From Fimbriosthenelais zetlandica (taxonomy: Eukaryota), in the NCBI GenBank assembly GCA_977030845.1, contig OZ365114.1:21390001-21454000 (forward strand): a DNA stretch of 64,000 nt. Direction: 5' to 3'. The position numbers and the translations under genes are program-made. This document shows positions 1 to 12,200 of the stretch, one piece after another; positions within the stretch are counted from its first letter, which is position 1, and each line of letters opens with the position of its first letter. The notes beneath the pieces were generated by a model. It had not been told where the DNA came from. It ran no database searches and worked only from the letters and a program-made list of their open reading frames with translations.

Positions 1-1212
1 CACTTTGAGGCAGTGAGAGAAGCCGGTGACAATAAGTGATGACTTGACCGTATTACTTTTTAGTCACCCACTGCCTGCCTGCGCCTGATCCCCATTCATT
101 TTGGGTAATCATGAGACTAGTCAGTATTGGATAGATGGCTATGTAGACAGTATGATTTAGCAGCTTTCAATCCTATTTGTTATAATTATGGCCTTCAAAT
201 TTGATTACTTGAAACTTCAAAGGAAATTATAGTCATTGAAAAGCATCAAAATGTACAAAAGTATGACAATTTTTTCATCTTGTTGGAATGAATTTAGAAT
301 GCAAAGCACCGCTAAATCTTCCAATTATCTCTCGGGCACTTGGCAAGTTCTCTTGGTAGGTTAATGTTGACAAGGGTCTTTGTTAGTAACAAATGGTTTC
401 ATCTGTACACTTCTCTATAGTGGAAGGTTTTCTTCACCTGACTCATACTTGACCCTGTAGTCCGACGCAGGACAACACACTTAGCACTGACCAGTCACCT
501 GAAAGGGAGTGAAGACAGCTACAAATCCTCACCCAATGATTCCAAATGGACGACCAGAAGGCAGTGTCAAAAGATCAGATGCTGCGAGTCACAATGGCGA
601 GCATTTCAATGTGAGATCAAAGCCTTGATGCGCACCTTCCGATGCAGCCATTCTTACCCACCCCTACAGGTCGCCTACCGGCCATGCTGCCTTAAGTCCG
701 TCCAAAAGGAAGTGGTCAGTGAAGGTGGCAACTCACTAAGTGACTGCTTCCGGGGCTAAGTGAGTGTCGCTGTGCGCACAGCCGGATGAAGATCCGGATC
801 CGGCCAGAATGGTCCGGTAGCGTGCGTCTGGACTAGCGGTCACTCCTCTGACCATCAGAGGTGTAGCGATTGGACACAATGGGGGCTAGGGATCCAGACG
901 ATGAACAGTCACGAGATCCTTGATGTCCACTATTGTGGTGGCATTATCGCGTGACAAAACGCTGGTGACAGTTAATGTGTGACGCAGCTTTGTCCAGTGT
1001 TTAGCCCATGTTTTAATACCTGACCATTGGCACTCACTCATTGACGCCCCCATAGTTGTGACTGTCACTGTGACACCTAGCAGTAATGGATGGAACAGGA
1101 AACAGAGACCCTGCACATGCGTGCCGAGACAAATACAAAGTCAATGTGCTGCCCCATTACATTTGAGGAAAATTCAGTTAAAAGTTCCCTGAAGTTTTCC
1201 TGAGCTCATGGA

Positions 1213-1301
1213 GCATATCACATACAGCAGCATCCCATGCTGTCTTTGGCCTTCTTGTTGGCATATCAGATACAGCATCGTATACTGTCTTTGGCCTTCT
1301 T
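1213..1301. repeat. Degenerate tandem duplication (two ~41-44 bp copies)
   Basis: Both copies start GCATATCA(C/G)ATACAGCA and end in an identical 17-mer CTGTCTTTGGCCTTCTT (1240-1256 and 1285-1301). Confidence 0.8.
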
Positions 1302-3991
1302 AATTCTTAAAAGGCACAAAAAGGATAATTTTATACAACCTCCCCTTCCCCTTCCATACCTCCTCAATTCATGACTCACTCCCTCCAACCACACCCCCTA
1401 TACTAATTCTATGAATAAATGGAGTCAAATTTGAAAATTATTCTTAAAACATTCTATTCTAATGAATGGGAAATCGTACAATATTTTCAGGATCCTGAAG
1501 TGATCCTCATTAATACCAGTGGTGGAAGCTGACAATGAACAATACAGATGGAATACTAAAAGAAGAGCATCCAAAAAATATTTCGTTTGAGTATGGTACA
1601 CATAACATCAATAAAAGGCTGGTGATCCAGCAGCATACAGCAGCCATGGCCAGGTATTGACACGGTGGTCTTCCCTAGCCGACTCATCCGCTTCTCTCTT
1701 CTTTGTCTCTCCTCATTGTTGACACAATTGCCAGCCCCTAATTAGCCACTGATTGTTCAGACACTAGGACAACACTCTACACTAGTATTGATGCAATAAT
1801 GTCACTGCAGCCAGTTTTTCTTACCACTGTCCTGCTTGATTTAGGTCAGGTAGAATATTAGTCCATTAGAAAATATACTCTTCACTGTCGTTGGAATTTT
1901 TTTTAAATTTTGTACAGTGAAATATTTCATAATTTACAAAGGCTATCACCTCGATCAGTTATCATATGTGGGGCATTTATAAACTCAGGTTCTCTGACAG
2001 TAGGTGAGTCAGATGAGTTGCTTGCACTGAGTTGCTCCATGTTCCTCACATGAATTGAACATCGTACACGTGCACGTACATGGCTTATTGTATAGCCATA
2101 AAGGGCAGTATTGTAACTTGAGGTCAGCAACAAAATACTTCATACAAAGACGTCCAGTGAAAAGAAATCTCTCAGTTAATGGGAGCCTGGTTAGACCAGA
2201 GAAGCAGCTGAGTTATGAAGCCTTGTATGGAGCAGCATGGAAAGTACAGCTTTCCATTAAGTTTCCCTAAAGTACTTACATTAAAGATAAAGCTGGTTGG
2301 GATTGCCAGGCCACAACAATGTGGCCCTCTCCATTGTAAAGATCATATAGGCTAGAGTCCCTTCACTAGCAGGATGTTTTTGAATGCTCTATATCGAGGC
2401 TTTAACAGAGGTTTGGGGGGAAAATGGACAAAATGCATGGATGACATTACTGTGCTGAAGAAAGGGGGTCTCTCATCTGCCATGGGTGTTGGGGCTAAAA
2501 GAAATCGCTTTCCCACCTGTATGCAGGTGCATCAGGAAGTAATGTGTTCCCATGGAAACAGAGAGTGTCTCTTCAGACTCATGCACCAAAGATTCTTTTA
2601 TCACACGACTGTGTGTTTTAAAAGCGAAGAGAGTGTTTATTTGAATTCCGAGTTGTTTTTGAGTTATTGTAGGTAGGGGTCACTACAGAAGGCATAATTC
2701 GTGCTATGTGTCAGGCTTTGCTTTTGGCTTGAGAGGCTTCTTTTACAGATGAATAGCAACAAAGGGCAAGTTTTGTTGAGTATTCATCTACAATTTGTGC
2801 TTAAAGCATACAACTAAGCGATATATATGTAGGGATATACAAGTTTCACACTGTTGGCTTCAACTTTAAAGGACTTTTTATGTTTAGTACTTTGAAACAA
2901 GACAACAGAATACTTTTTATCAGACTAGCTAACGTTACATGCCCACCCTCCCTCCAAGCGCCAAGCTGTGACCTCCTCAAGATGAGAACGACCCAAAGAG
3001 AAAGTCATAGCACGTTTGGGCACAAGGGACATCATCAAAGCCAAGATGATGACGAGTCATTGTAATCGGTCTCTGATAGCCAAACCTGTTTTTAGCGATA
3101 GATTGGACATTGTTATCAAATGGCGTCCATTCTGGGCCTGCTTTTCAGGCCTATCGTCAATCCTCTCTCATAATCCCACTTTGATCCTGGCTCCGGATCG
3201 TTTGATCTCGATCCCACGGTCTGCCAAGGTCAAATCAGGGTCGCCTGGGTTTCCAGGAGGGCATCCGACCACGGAAATGGTGGTCTGATAGTGATGTGAA
3301 AGAGGTTCCTTCTTATTCTAACACTGGTAATGTGTCTCATATAATCACGGCTAAAGCATCCGACTCCCGAGTCAGGCTGGGGTTTTAGGCACCATCTCCC
3401 TCACACCACTATTCAAAGGACGCTGACAGGATTTTTTTGAATATTTTTATGCTGAGATAATCAACAAGTCTTATACAAATATTCAAATTTCCGTAAGAAG
3501 GGTGTTTGTGAATATGAGGATAAATTCCTGTCCCTTTATCTATTGATATAAATTCATATTGACTGCTTTAAAGCTAAAAAGAGGTAAATAGTCATAACCA
3601 TTATAGAAGGCACTTTAGACATCATTTTAGAGGGGCATCTTCCATGAATGCAATTATTCATTTAATGAATATCTAACTGTGAGTACACATGGATGTATTT
3701 GTTCTGGGAATTTCTCAGCAAGAAGGAAAGGGATTTAATTCTTCTGAGCAAAATGACCTCGGACATGGAAAGTAATCCTATTATCTGTTTTTATTCGTGA
3801 AAATTCACAACAGGCGAGGGGAACAGTGGCACCTCCCCCTCACCTTAATCCTGTTACCACAGCGTAGATAAGGTCATTATGTGTCGTAATTAGCATGACT
3901 TACTCGCTGCCATCCCTGACCCTCCCAATAGATCCCCAAACAATACAGCGTCTCCCTCTATTATCTTAGTGGGAACAACTCTCCCAGCAGG

Positions 3992-4023
3992 CTGAGCGAC
4001 TCAAGTTAATTCTGAGCGACTCA
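3992..4023. repeat. 12-bp direct repeat CTGAGCGACTCA x2, period 20
   Basis: Exact copies at 3992-4003 and 4012-4023. The core TGAGCGACTCA recurs at 52416-52426. Confidence 0.75.
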
Positions 4024-4228
4024 CCGCCCGCTGTCCACGTGCGGCGTGCCTAATAGATAAAACGGATTAGTGAGAGATCGACACTGGTATCATGGCGGAC
4101 GCGTGGTGGTTATTGTATCAACTGGGACTGGGAGATCTTTGTTTTGCACCATTGAAAACTGGGGCTACAATAAACCCCGCTGGAGGGGATTATTTTTCGG
4201 CGGTTGCTGTGTTTTAAAAGCGTGACCA

Positions 4229-4268
4229 GGGGTGGGGTGGATGGGGAGGGGTAGGGGTGTGGGGAGGG
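4229..4268 (+). other. G-quadruplex-type tract
   Basis: Six GGGG runs (4229, 4234, 4243, 4248, 4254, 4261) plus GGG at 4266, with loops of 1-5 nt. Confidence 0.6.
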
Positions 4269-4865
4269 TTTTTTTCTTCATGGTCGCCAGGTAGACATGG
4301 AGCATGGAGGTGGTAGGTAATGTAGCGTGAAGGTTGGAGTAGGCTGAGTAGTAGCCACCATTATGTTCAGCCCTCCGTCTTCTCGCCCCATCTTGAATGG
4401 ACTCCTGTAGGAGAAGGGTCAGGGGTGAGGCGCCCAGCGGAAAATCGGCGCACCAACCGCACGAGAAACAAAATGAAGCGAAATTGATTCGTCTTGATTG
4501 ACAGCTGTCACAAAGTTGTCGCGAACAATCGGCAGAGGTGGCAGGAACAAGTGGTGGGTTCCTTGACGGAGGGGCAGGCAGCTGTGACGATCCCAAGATT
4601 AGTTCTGCTCTCTGGGTTTTTTGGACCTTTTCATATTGAATCTTACTCCCTGTTATGGCAGACCATTGGAGGAAATCAGATGTCCTGGGCTTACATTAAC
4701 TTGATATAATTAAGTTATTATTAAGTAAAAGGCAGGGAACTGTGAGAGGAGAATGTTGTAGTCCATGGGGACCTTTCTGGGGGTATCATTTCCTTTATGA
4801 CACTCTGGGTCAGTGACTCAGTAAGCCTCGACTTAAAACTGCTCTATGCAGCTTTTGAGTGTCAA

Positions 4866-5094
4866 CCTCTGAGATATAGGCGTCACGCCCCTCTGATATA
4901 GGCGTCAGGAGACTCCTCCTGTCCCCTCCTGTACAAACACGATAACGTCAGCACGTCGCCTACAGGAGGGTGTTGTCATGACGTACCGAGCGTGACGTCA
5001 CTAATCCCGCAGCAAATGAATTTCATATCGTTCTAACATCGACGCTTGCCACCCCATTCCATGCCTTGATTTAGAGCTCGCTCGCGCATGCGCG
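4866..5094. promoter_or_regulatory. CpG-rich promoter-like patch with CRE and NRF1-type sites
   Basis: GTGACGTCAC (4992-5001); CGCGCATGCGCG (5083-5094, fits NRF1 YGCGCATGCGCR); near-duplicate CCTCTG(A)GATATAGGCGTCA (4866-4885, 4890-4907); 10-bp inverted repeat (4924-4933 / 4961-4970). Confidence 0.4.
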
Positions 5095-6226
5095 TAGTGG
5101 CTCAGTAATTAAAACCCAGCATCGCGTCGCTAAATATGTCTAATCGTGCCTCGTTTCTTGCTAATTAGATTGAATTATAGCCACATTATTTAATATGAGG
5201 CGAGGAGGGGCGCGGTGGTCTCCGATCCCGTGGGACACTCTCATCAAATTAGGCTGTAATTTTCTATCAATTAATATGGGTTTTGATGGATCATGGGAAG
5301 CGGGAGGGATAAAGGGATTAAGCTGAGATTACTGCTTCTACATGGTGGTCTCTGCTGATATCTAGAGTCTGCTTCACTTTTTCATTGGAATGAGAACTAG
5401 ATTTAGATGTCTACCTCCACACACTTCATATATATATCATGAGTTCATGGCAAACGCTACAGAAACAGACCCATCTTATTTTGGTTCAAAACAAGACCAC
5501 ATTTCTTAATATATTTACTACATCCATGCAGGTGACGAAAGAAGGGACTAGATGAGTGTTAACTAGAATAATTGTCATCTCATGAAGCCATTCTGTCGTG
5601 TGATGTCATCCGCCAGTCTGATTATATGACCTCATCTCCATTAAATGTTAATTATTTACCAGAAATTGTCAGATATTTCTCCATTACTGCACGTGCCTTC
5701 AAGGAACCTTTTAGAATTAACCCTGTTTTCTTGGTGCGAAGCAATTATTACATAGAAGTCTCTCTAATACAGAGGAACTGCGGAGATTGCTTTGGCGGAA
5801 GTGAATGGGCGGATGGCAGCTCCGCAGCAAAGGACGTATAACAGTCCAACACCAAGAGAAGAAAAGCAGTTCGGCACAAACTTTGTCTCATAACTTTACG
5901 GAAGGAAGGAAAAATTGCACGGAAACTTTGCCTAGTATTCTCTCCCATTCTTGCATCTGTCCGAAGTCCTCGTTATCGTTGGCGGATGAATGTAAAATAT
6001 GAAACCAGCACTCCTGTGGCGGAGAGGCCTGCCCTTCCGAATTCTGCCTTGCAGCTCCATGTTTTATGACAATCCTGTCACCGGAGTCGGCACAGCAATC
6101 TGGCTCTATCCGACCAAGTATTATAAGAGATATGAAATATTAATAACGGGCTTTTCTTGCGAGTTGCATATAGGAAATTAGCTCGCACCATCAACCGCGT
6201 TCTGGGCGGCGAAAAAAGATTAGCTT

Positions 6227-6267
6227 GGGCCAGGGTGGGCCATGGGTGGGAGGAGGGAGGGAGGGGG
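6227..6267 (+). other. G-quadruplex-type tract
   Basis: Eight runs of at least 3 G in 41 bp. Confidence 0.55.
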
Positions 6268-9200
6268 TAGAAAGGCTGGGGCAGAGAGCGGAGATCGGGG
6301 CAGGCAAATCTCATACAATATTCTCCATCATCTGCTATGGGTCCTGTTTTCTTGTTTTCATTACAGCTCTTGTTCTTTTTAACCAAAAGAACTCTTCTGA
6401 AAGAATTTTTGCGGAGGTGGAGGTGTCGCTCTAATCCGGGACGGTAATAACATAAACACGTAGATCAAAACACAGCCTTTCTCTGCTGGCAATCGATACA
6501 ATGACCCGGGCCTAGGCTTATTTTCTTTTCATTATTGTTCCTAAAGGGGCCAGAATGTAGCATTTGCTATCCTTCACCAGTCCCAGCTTCCTACCTCGTC
6601 ATTTGCCTGGCGCATAGTGCATTAACTATAAAAACTCGAGCAGTCAATGTGTGTTTAATATAGTTTCGAAAATTACACCCTTGACAAGGGGATCGAAGTG
6701 ACATTTTCTTGAGTCAATATTCTGCCAGCACATTGCTTTGTGTTATGCTTGGGCTGCGCTGCCACAGTCACCATGCAGTTTGTGCCTTTGGATGCGATCT
6801 GCGAGAAGTGAAAAGTTTCATGGATGATTGGTAATAAATTTAGATTGAAAAAGGTTGAAACCATGTTCAGTAAATGTGACTCAGTTGTCAATACTCCTGC
6901 GTTCAGCACACATTCAAGTATTCATTCGAGTTGTTAAAAGTATTATGTATTTTTTAAATGCAACATTGTGTATGTTCTGATACAGCATCCATTTCTGCCC
7001 GTCCATACACCGTTACATAACATGTAACGGACTATACATAATATGAACCCATAACAATCTGATTATATGGCTTTTCCAAGAATGAGCAACTCTCCTCACA
7101 CTTGACTAACTCGTGCTCACACGTTCCACACCCGAATGACTCGGGTTTGTTTTCGGCCGAAACGAAACACACGATTGATTCCAGACGAGCTGAGAAATGA
7201 AACACCAAGCGGTGCGCCTGGGGAGGAAACCCTGCCTCCACCCCCACCCATTCATACCACCTCCTAATTAACACAATATGAAGTGGAATTAACCCCCCTA
7301 GTTTTCCTCTAATGATCCTTGATAACTGTTCACTCTGTGAAGTTTCGATCTCTGAGGCGCTGAGAATCCATACATACCTTGGGGCCATCTCGTCATTGAT
7401 CTGAGAGGCACTAGAGGCGTCAGAGGGGGGCATCCAAAATTATAACCCTGATTACAGATGGCATTCTCTTTTTTACTCCCGATGAACGATGATCATTCAT
7501 TAAAAGCATTTTTCTGATGGCGATGGGGAGTGACAAAGCGCTTTCGAACAGTCAAAAGTGCTGGACTTTGTTTAAAAGGGTGCGAGTGTGTGGTGAAAAT
7601 AGGAACTCGGCTCCAAAAGAGGAGAACTAGGGATTAGTTCCGAGAACGCACACTGGGCGGCGGTACCGGAGTAGGGAAGGCTTTCATTTCTTCTAGAGCG
7701 TTTTGTACGGGATTTCCAAGTTCATTGGAGAATAAAACTTGTCATAGAGTATAAAACAGGAAACAAAACAGTATATCTACCTAAGTTACAGCCAGGAAAT
7801 AAATTCTTTACTTCAAAAACGCCAGAAAAGTATCTTCATATGTGCGTGGGGTTTGGCATGGAGCTGTAAAGCAGGTAGCCGTGTGCCTGTGAAAATGATA
7901 CCAGCTGATCACTTCTCTCAACTTCTCTCGCTAAGCTTTTACTTCAACTTGACGTTGTATCAAAATTCATTGAAGCCCCAAAAGAGAAGGCTTAAACCAG
8001 TAATAACACGCCAGTGCGGCTGGCGAGAAACAGACGCTGTGTGTCGGCTTGCTGTGAGGGCCTTTCTCCCACCAACAATGGTTTGCATATCCTTACGCCA
8101 CCACTCGTAATTCGGGCCAACTAGAAGCCTTGCGTATTTTTACAGCGTCTCAGACTCCACTTATAGAACCCTTCAGTATAATTAGGAATGAAAATACCAG
8201 GGGGTGGAAGGCATGGACTTAGTTTGCTTACCCCGGGCAGCACAGACGTCTCGTTAGTTCTGCATCGCCCCAATTAAAAGCGCGCTCCACTTTCAGTTTG
8301 ACGAGCCTCGTTCTCAAAAAGAGGCTAGTTTAGTTTCACTTTCAACAGAGCTCAGCCGTTCTGTCTGTGTTTTTGGGTGAGTATATTAAACAAAGAGACA
8401 ATGGAAATAAAGTTGATATTGCGCCAATCAGGTGCTAATCAGGAGTCATATGTGAAGGTCTTCAGCATTTAAAAGAACCGAGGACTTTTTTCTTAGAGGA
8501 ATATATGGACGGGAGAGTGGGGAGAGTGATAAAATGAATTTAATCGCGGGGGATAATCGATCAATCAGACTGAGGGAGGAATGTCAAGGAGGAGTTTCAG
8601 CATATTGTTTGCGTTGTGCTTTTAGTGAGGCAGGCTGAGGAGGAGGGCATGGGAATGAGAATAATTGCTGGGCTCTGCTGATTTGTCGCTAATTTGGCTC
8701 CTGGGTCACGTAGGAGAAGCACTGTCGCCTTGGACAGGAGGAGAAACGAGGGAAAGCCAAGGACATGCTCCAGGCAAAATACAAGAAAAAAATCTGGCAA
8801 GAAGATTGGTCCGAGAACAAATAAATTGCCTTCTCCCAGTACCGCTAGATTAACCACATGGATATAAATACCAATGTGTTTCGGGGAAAACTCGCTCTCA
8901 TTAATATCTTATTTTAGGTTTTAATATTACAGATTGTATCATGTTTATGAAACATTCCCTAAATTACCATATATCTTTGTAAAGCCTTCTGCGTGGGTGA
9001 GTCATGGCCCTATTTTCTTTCTGTTTAATGATCAAGTGTATAAATATTAGCTCAGAAAACATATCCCTTAAGAGAACACCCACATATTAATTGCATATGA
9101 TATAGTTTGTGCTTAATGATAAGCATACTATGTTACATATCAAGGTTTTAAATATCAATTTACGTTTCCAATATACTTAGCTGTTCGGGGAAATAATGTT

Positions 9201-12200
9201 TCAACAGACTTTTCTATTTATTCTGCGTTAGAGAATGGGTTAGATAGAAAATTCATGGGGATTCCTGCAACACAATTTCCTAGCTGCGGAAGGGCCTTGA
9301 TTCAGAGCTCCAGGACGAGACGCCACCAGTGGAAGAATGGTAAACTAATGACCTTTCGACCTGCTAGCATCCCTGGCATCCCCTACCAGAGGGCCTCGGA
9401 ACTACAAGACAACTACAAGCTGCAGCAGCATCACCAAGACAGGCATGAGTCACAAGAAGGATTGGGGAATCTGGCTATTCTTTGCAGATTCTTTGTTATA
9501 AATAATACAGAATCCCTGTACCCATGTGTTATGATCCAGAAAATAAAACAGTCCATACACGGACTGGTCAGATATGAAAAAAGAATGGGTAATATAATAG
9601 TAGGAGTATTAGCCAAATGTCATCACAACAGGTAAAGAATGTTGTGAACAAAGTTTTGGATTTGAAAAGTAGGTCTATATGTGCAGCATATTATCAGTGT
9701 ATTGTGAAGAAGCGCATGTATACATGTACATTGCATCTAATTCAACTTCTTAATAGGAACAAATATATGGTTGGGTTCTGCATTTCAATAAAGAAAAAAT
9801 TAAACTTAAACAAAGGGAGTGACAAGTAGGTAAAGCCAGGACCACTGTGGTTCAGAGAGGATTTAATACCCCATATCATTAGATTCATGGTTCACTGCTT
9901 TATCTCCATTTCAACCCATATCCTGTTGCGTAAGCTGGGATGGGGTGCGGGGCCCACCGTGAAGCATTGTCACAATTAAGTCAGGATGCGGGTAATGGTG
10001 GTTCAAAGCCCAGGGTGTAACAGCCTCTGTGTCTGATCATTAAGGTAGATACAGGTACGGCTGATTGCCATAGCTGGCCAGTAGTGGGGCTGTCCAGAAG
10101 TCACTCAGGTGGATACAACTATGTCCTGTAGATATAATTACTGATCACTGACCATACCTGCCTAGCAACTTGGCCTCAAGCCAGGATAAGATGTCCATTA
10201 CTCGAGGAATAGGTTTGTGGGTGATGGTATTTATTCATCTCACCCCTCTTACCTCATCCCTTCTGTCTCCCGTTGATTTAGTAATGAACACACCTGTAAG
10301 CAATCAGGTGCATTTCCTGCACCTTGACACCTGTGGGAGGTGTAGGGTGTGATATCTCAGGCCCTTCCCTGCTGGTCTGAAGGTGTCCGGCCAGAATTTA
10401 CAACACCTTTGGAGCTTTCTCGGTGCAATGGGTCACCCCAAGGTGTTATAGCTTGGTGGCCGAGGAGTAATGGCTGTAAATTCTCAGGTATAAAACACCC
10501 TTAAGGGCCTGCGGAATCCCCACTTGAGGCCGAGAAATAAATGAAGGCCATTAAAAGGGGACTTGTCAAGATATTCTAAGCCTCTGCCTTGAGATGGCTT
10601 GGAAGTACTTTCAGGTTTATGCTACGTTTAATGGTACTTGTAACGTTTTGTTATTCTTGTAACAGAAAGGGTGTGAAATTATGTCATACATAATGGTTCT
10701 TATACCTATCATCTTAGATTCTAATTAAGCGTATGTGGTACCTGTGTGTGGTGGAAGCATTCTGTCAGGTTAAACATCATCAAAACCCTTGAGGAAATAA
10801 TTAGTACTTAAGACTAAAATTCAAAGCTCAGACTTACCAATATCAGTGATATCTTGGAGTTTAGCTATAAAAAGGAAAATAATAGCAGAATAAGAACAAT
10901 TTGATATGGGGGTGATCTGAAAGGAATATTTATACGAACACTAGATCCGATTAAAAATGATATAGGATTTAGATTGAAGACTCAGATTTATTTTCCATTC
11001 TATAGCAATTTCTGATTAAAAAATCTAATTATTAAACAAAGTTTGCCAAGGAGACATTGGTCTTGTCAAATAGTTGTGTGTGGGAGTATGAGGATGATAG
11101 ATGACTGTGGTCTCCCGTCTACTCCTCTTGACATTCATCACTACTCTTGTCCCAGGTGAGAGCCCAGGTGAGGGATCTACGTAGGTAACCATCACCTCTC
11201 TACATATATACACCCACAAAAGCCCACCTTCCTACACACACGTGTTAATTTGCAGACTTTTTACCCCCTCCTGAAATCCAGCTCTACCATGCTGCAAACA
11301 CCCACCACTTCTCTCCAATGTACTCTTTTCTAATTTTGTTTTTTAATAAATTTTTATTCGCTATCATTACTGTACTTAAACTGTGCACTTTTAACCAAAA
11401 AAAATTGGAATCGGCTATCCTAACGCTCATCTCATCCATTCAGAAAGATGGAGCGGGACTTCCTGTGATGATTTTTAAATCTTTTTTAGTTTCTATTTTT
11501 TTCTCCTGTATAAGTTTGGAAATGCTTTGCCTGGTATAAGGAGAGGGTTTGATGGAGGGATGTGATGGGCATGCCAAGGGGCCCTGATGTGGCATGATCA
11601 GCAGTAGGAGGTCCGGACCCTGGCTTTGTGAACCACTGACCCGTATAAAGCGCCTATTCTGGCTCTGAAAAACTGTCATTCAACCAGCCCTAGCTTAACC
11701 CTACCCCTTTCTCACCCCCTCCTGTCATATTGGAAGTTGTTCAGGTGAGACTGATGATTTCACCCCGACCCCAGAGCCTGACCCCTGACCTCAATATACC
11801 CATGACACTGTGGCTGAGTGAACAGGAGTGAAGGCATGGAGGGGTGGAGGGGTGGATGGGGAGACACCCTGGAGTTACCTGCCAGCTTGATGTACATACA
11901 TACCTACATACACCTGACATGCTTCTCACGAGACAATACACAAGCATTTTTCACTCTTCCAGGTGAAATTCTACAGGATTTAATTGCCTAAATTTATTTT
12001 TAAAATCTTTACTTCAAAGATCAAATAATTTGATGAAAAGTATTTAAATAATGAATGGAAGTCATACAGCATGAACACAAAATAAAAGCTACTTTAGTTA
12101 TAATGATCTTGGCAAAATTCAATGGATCCAAAGGCATTATATGTAAACAGCGATTTACAGAAGACATTACCCGAAATGTCTCCCTAGCTCCTATCCTAGG

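Noticed and set aside
7010-7030. 9-bp hairpin, and similar ones at 41479-41502 and ~42298-42323
   Set aside because: Several 9-bp stems with short loops are expected by chance in 64 kb.
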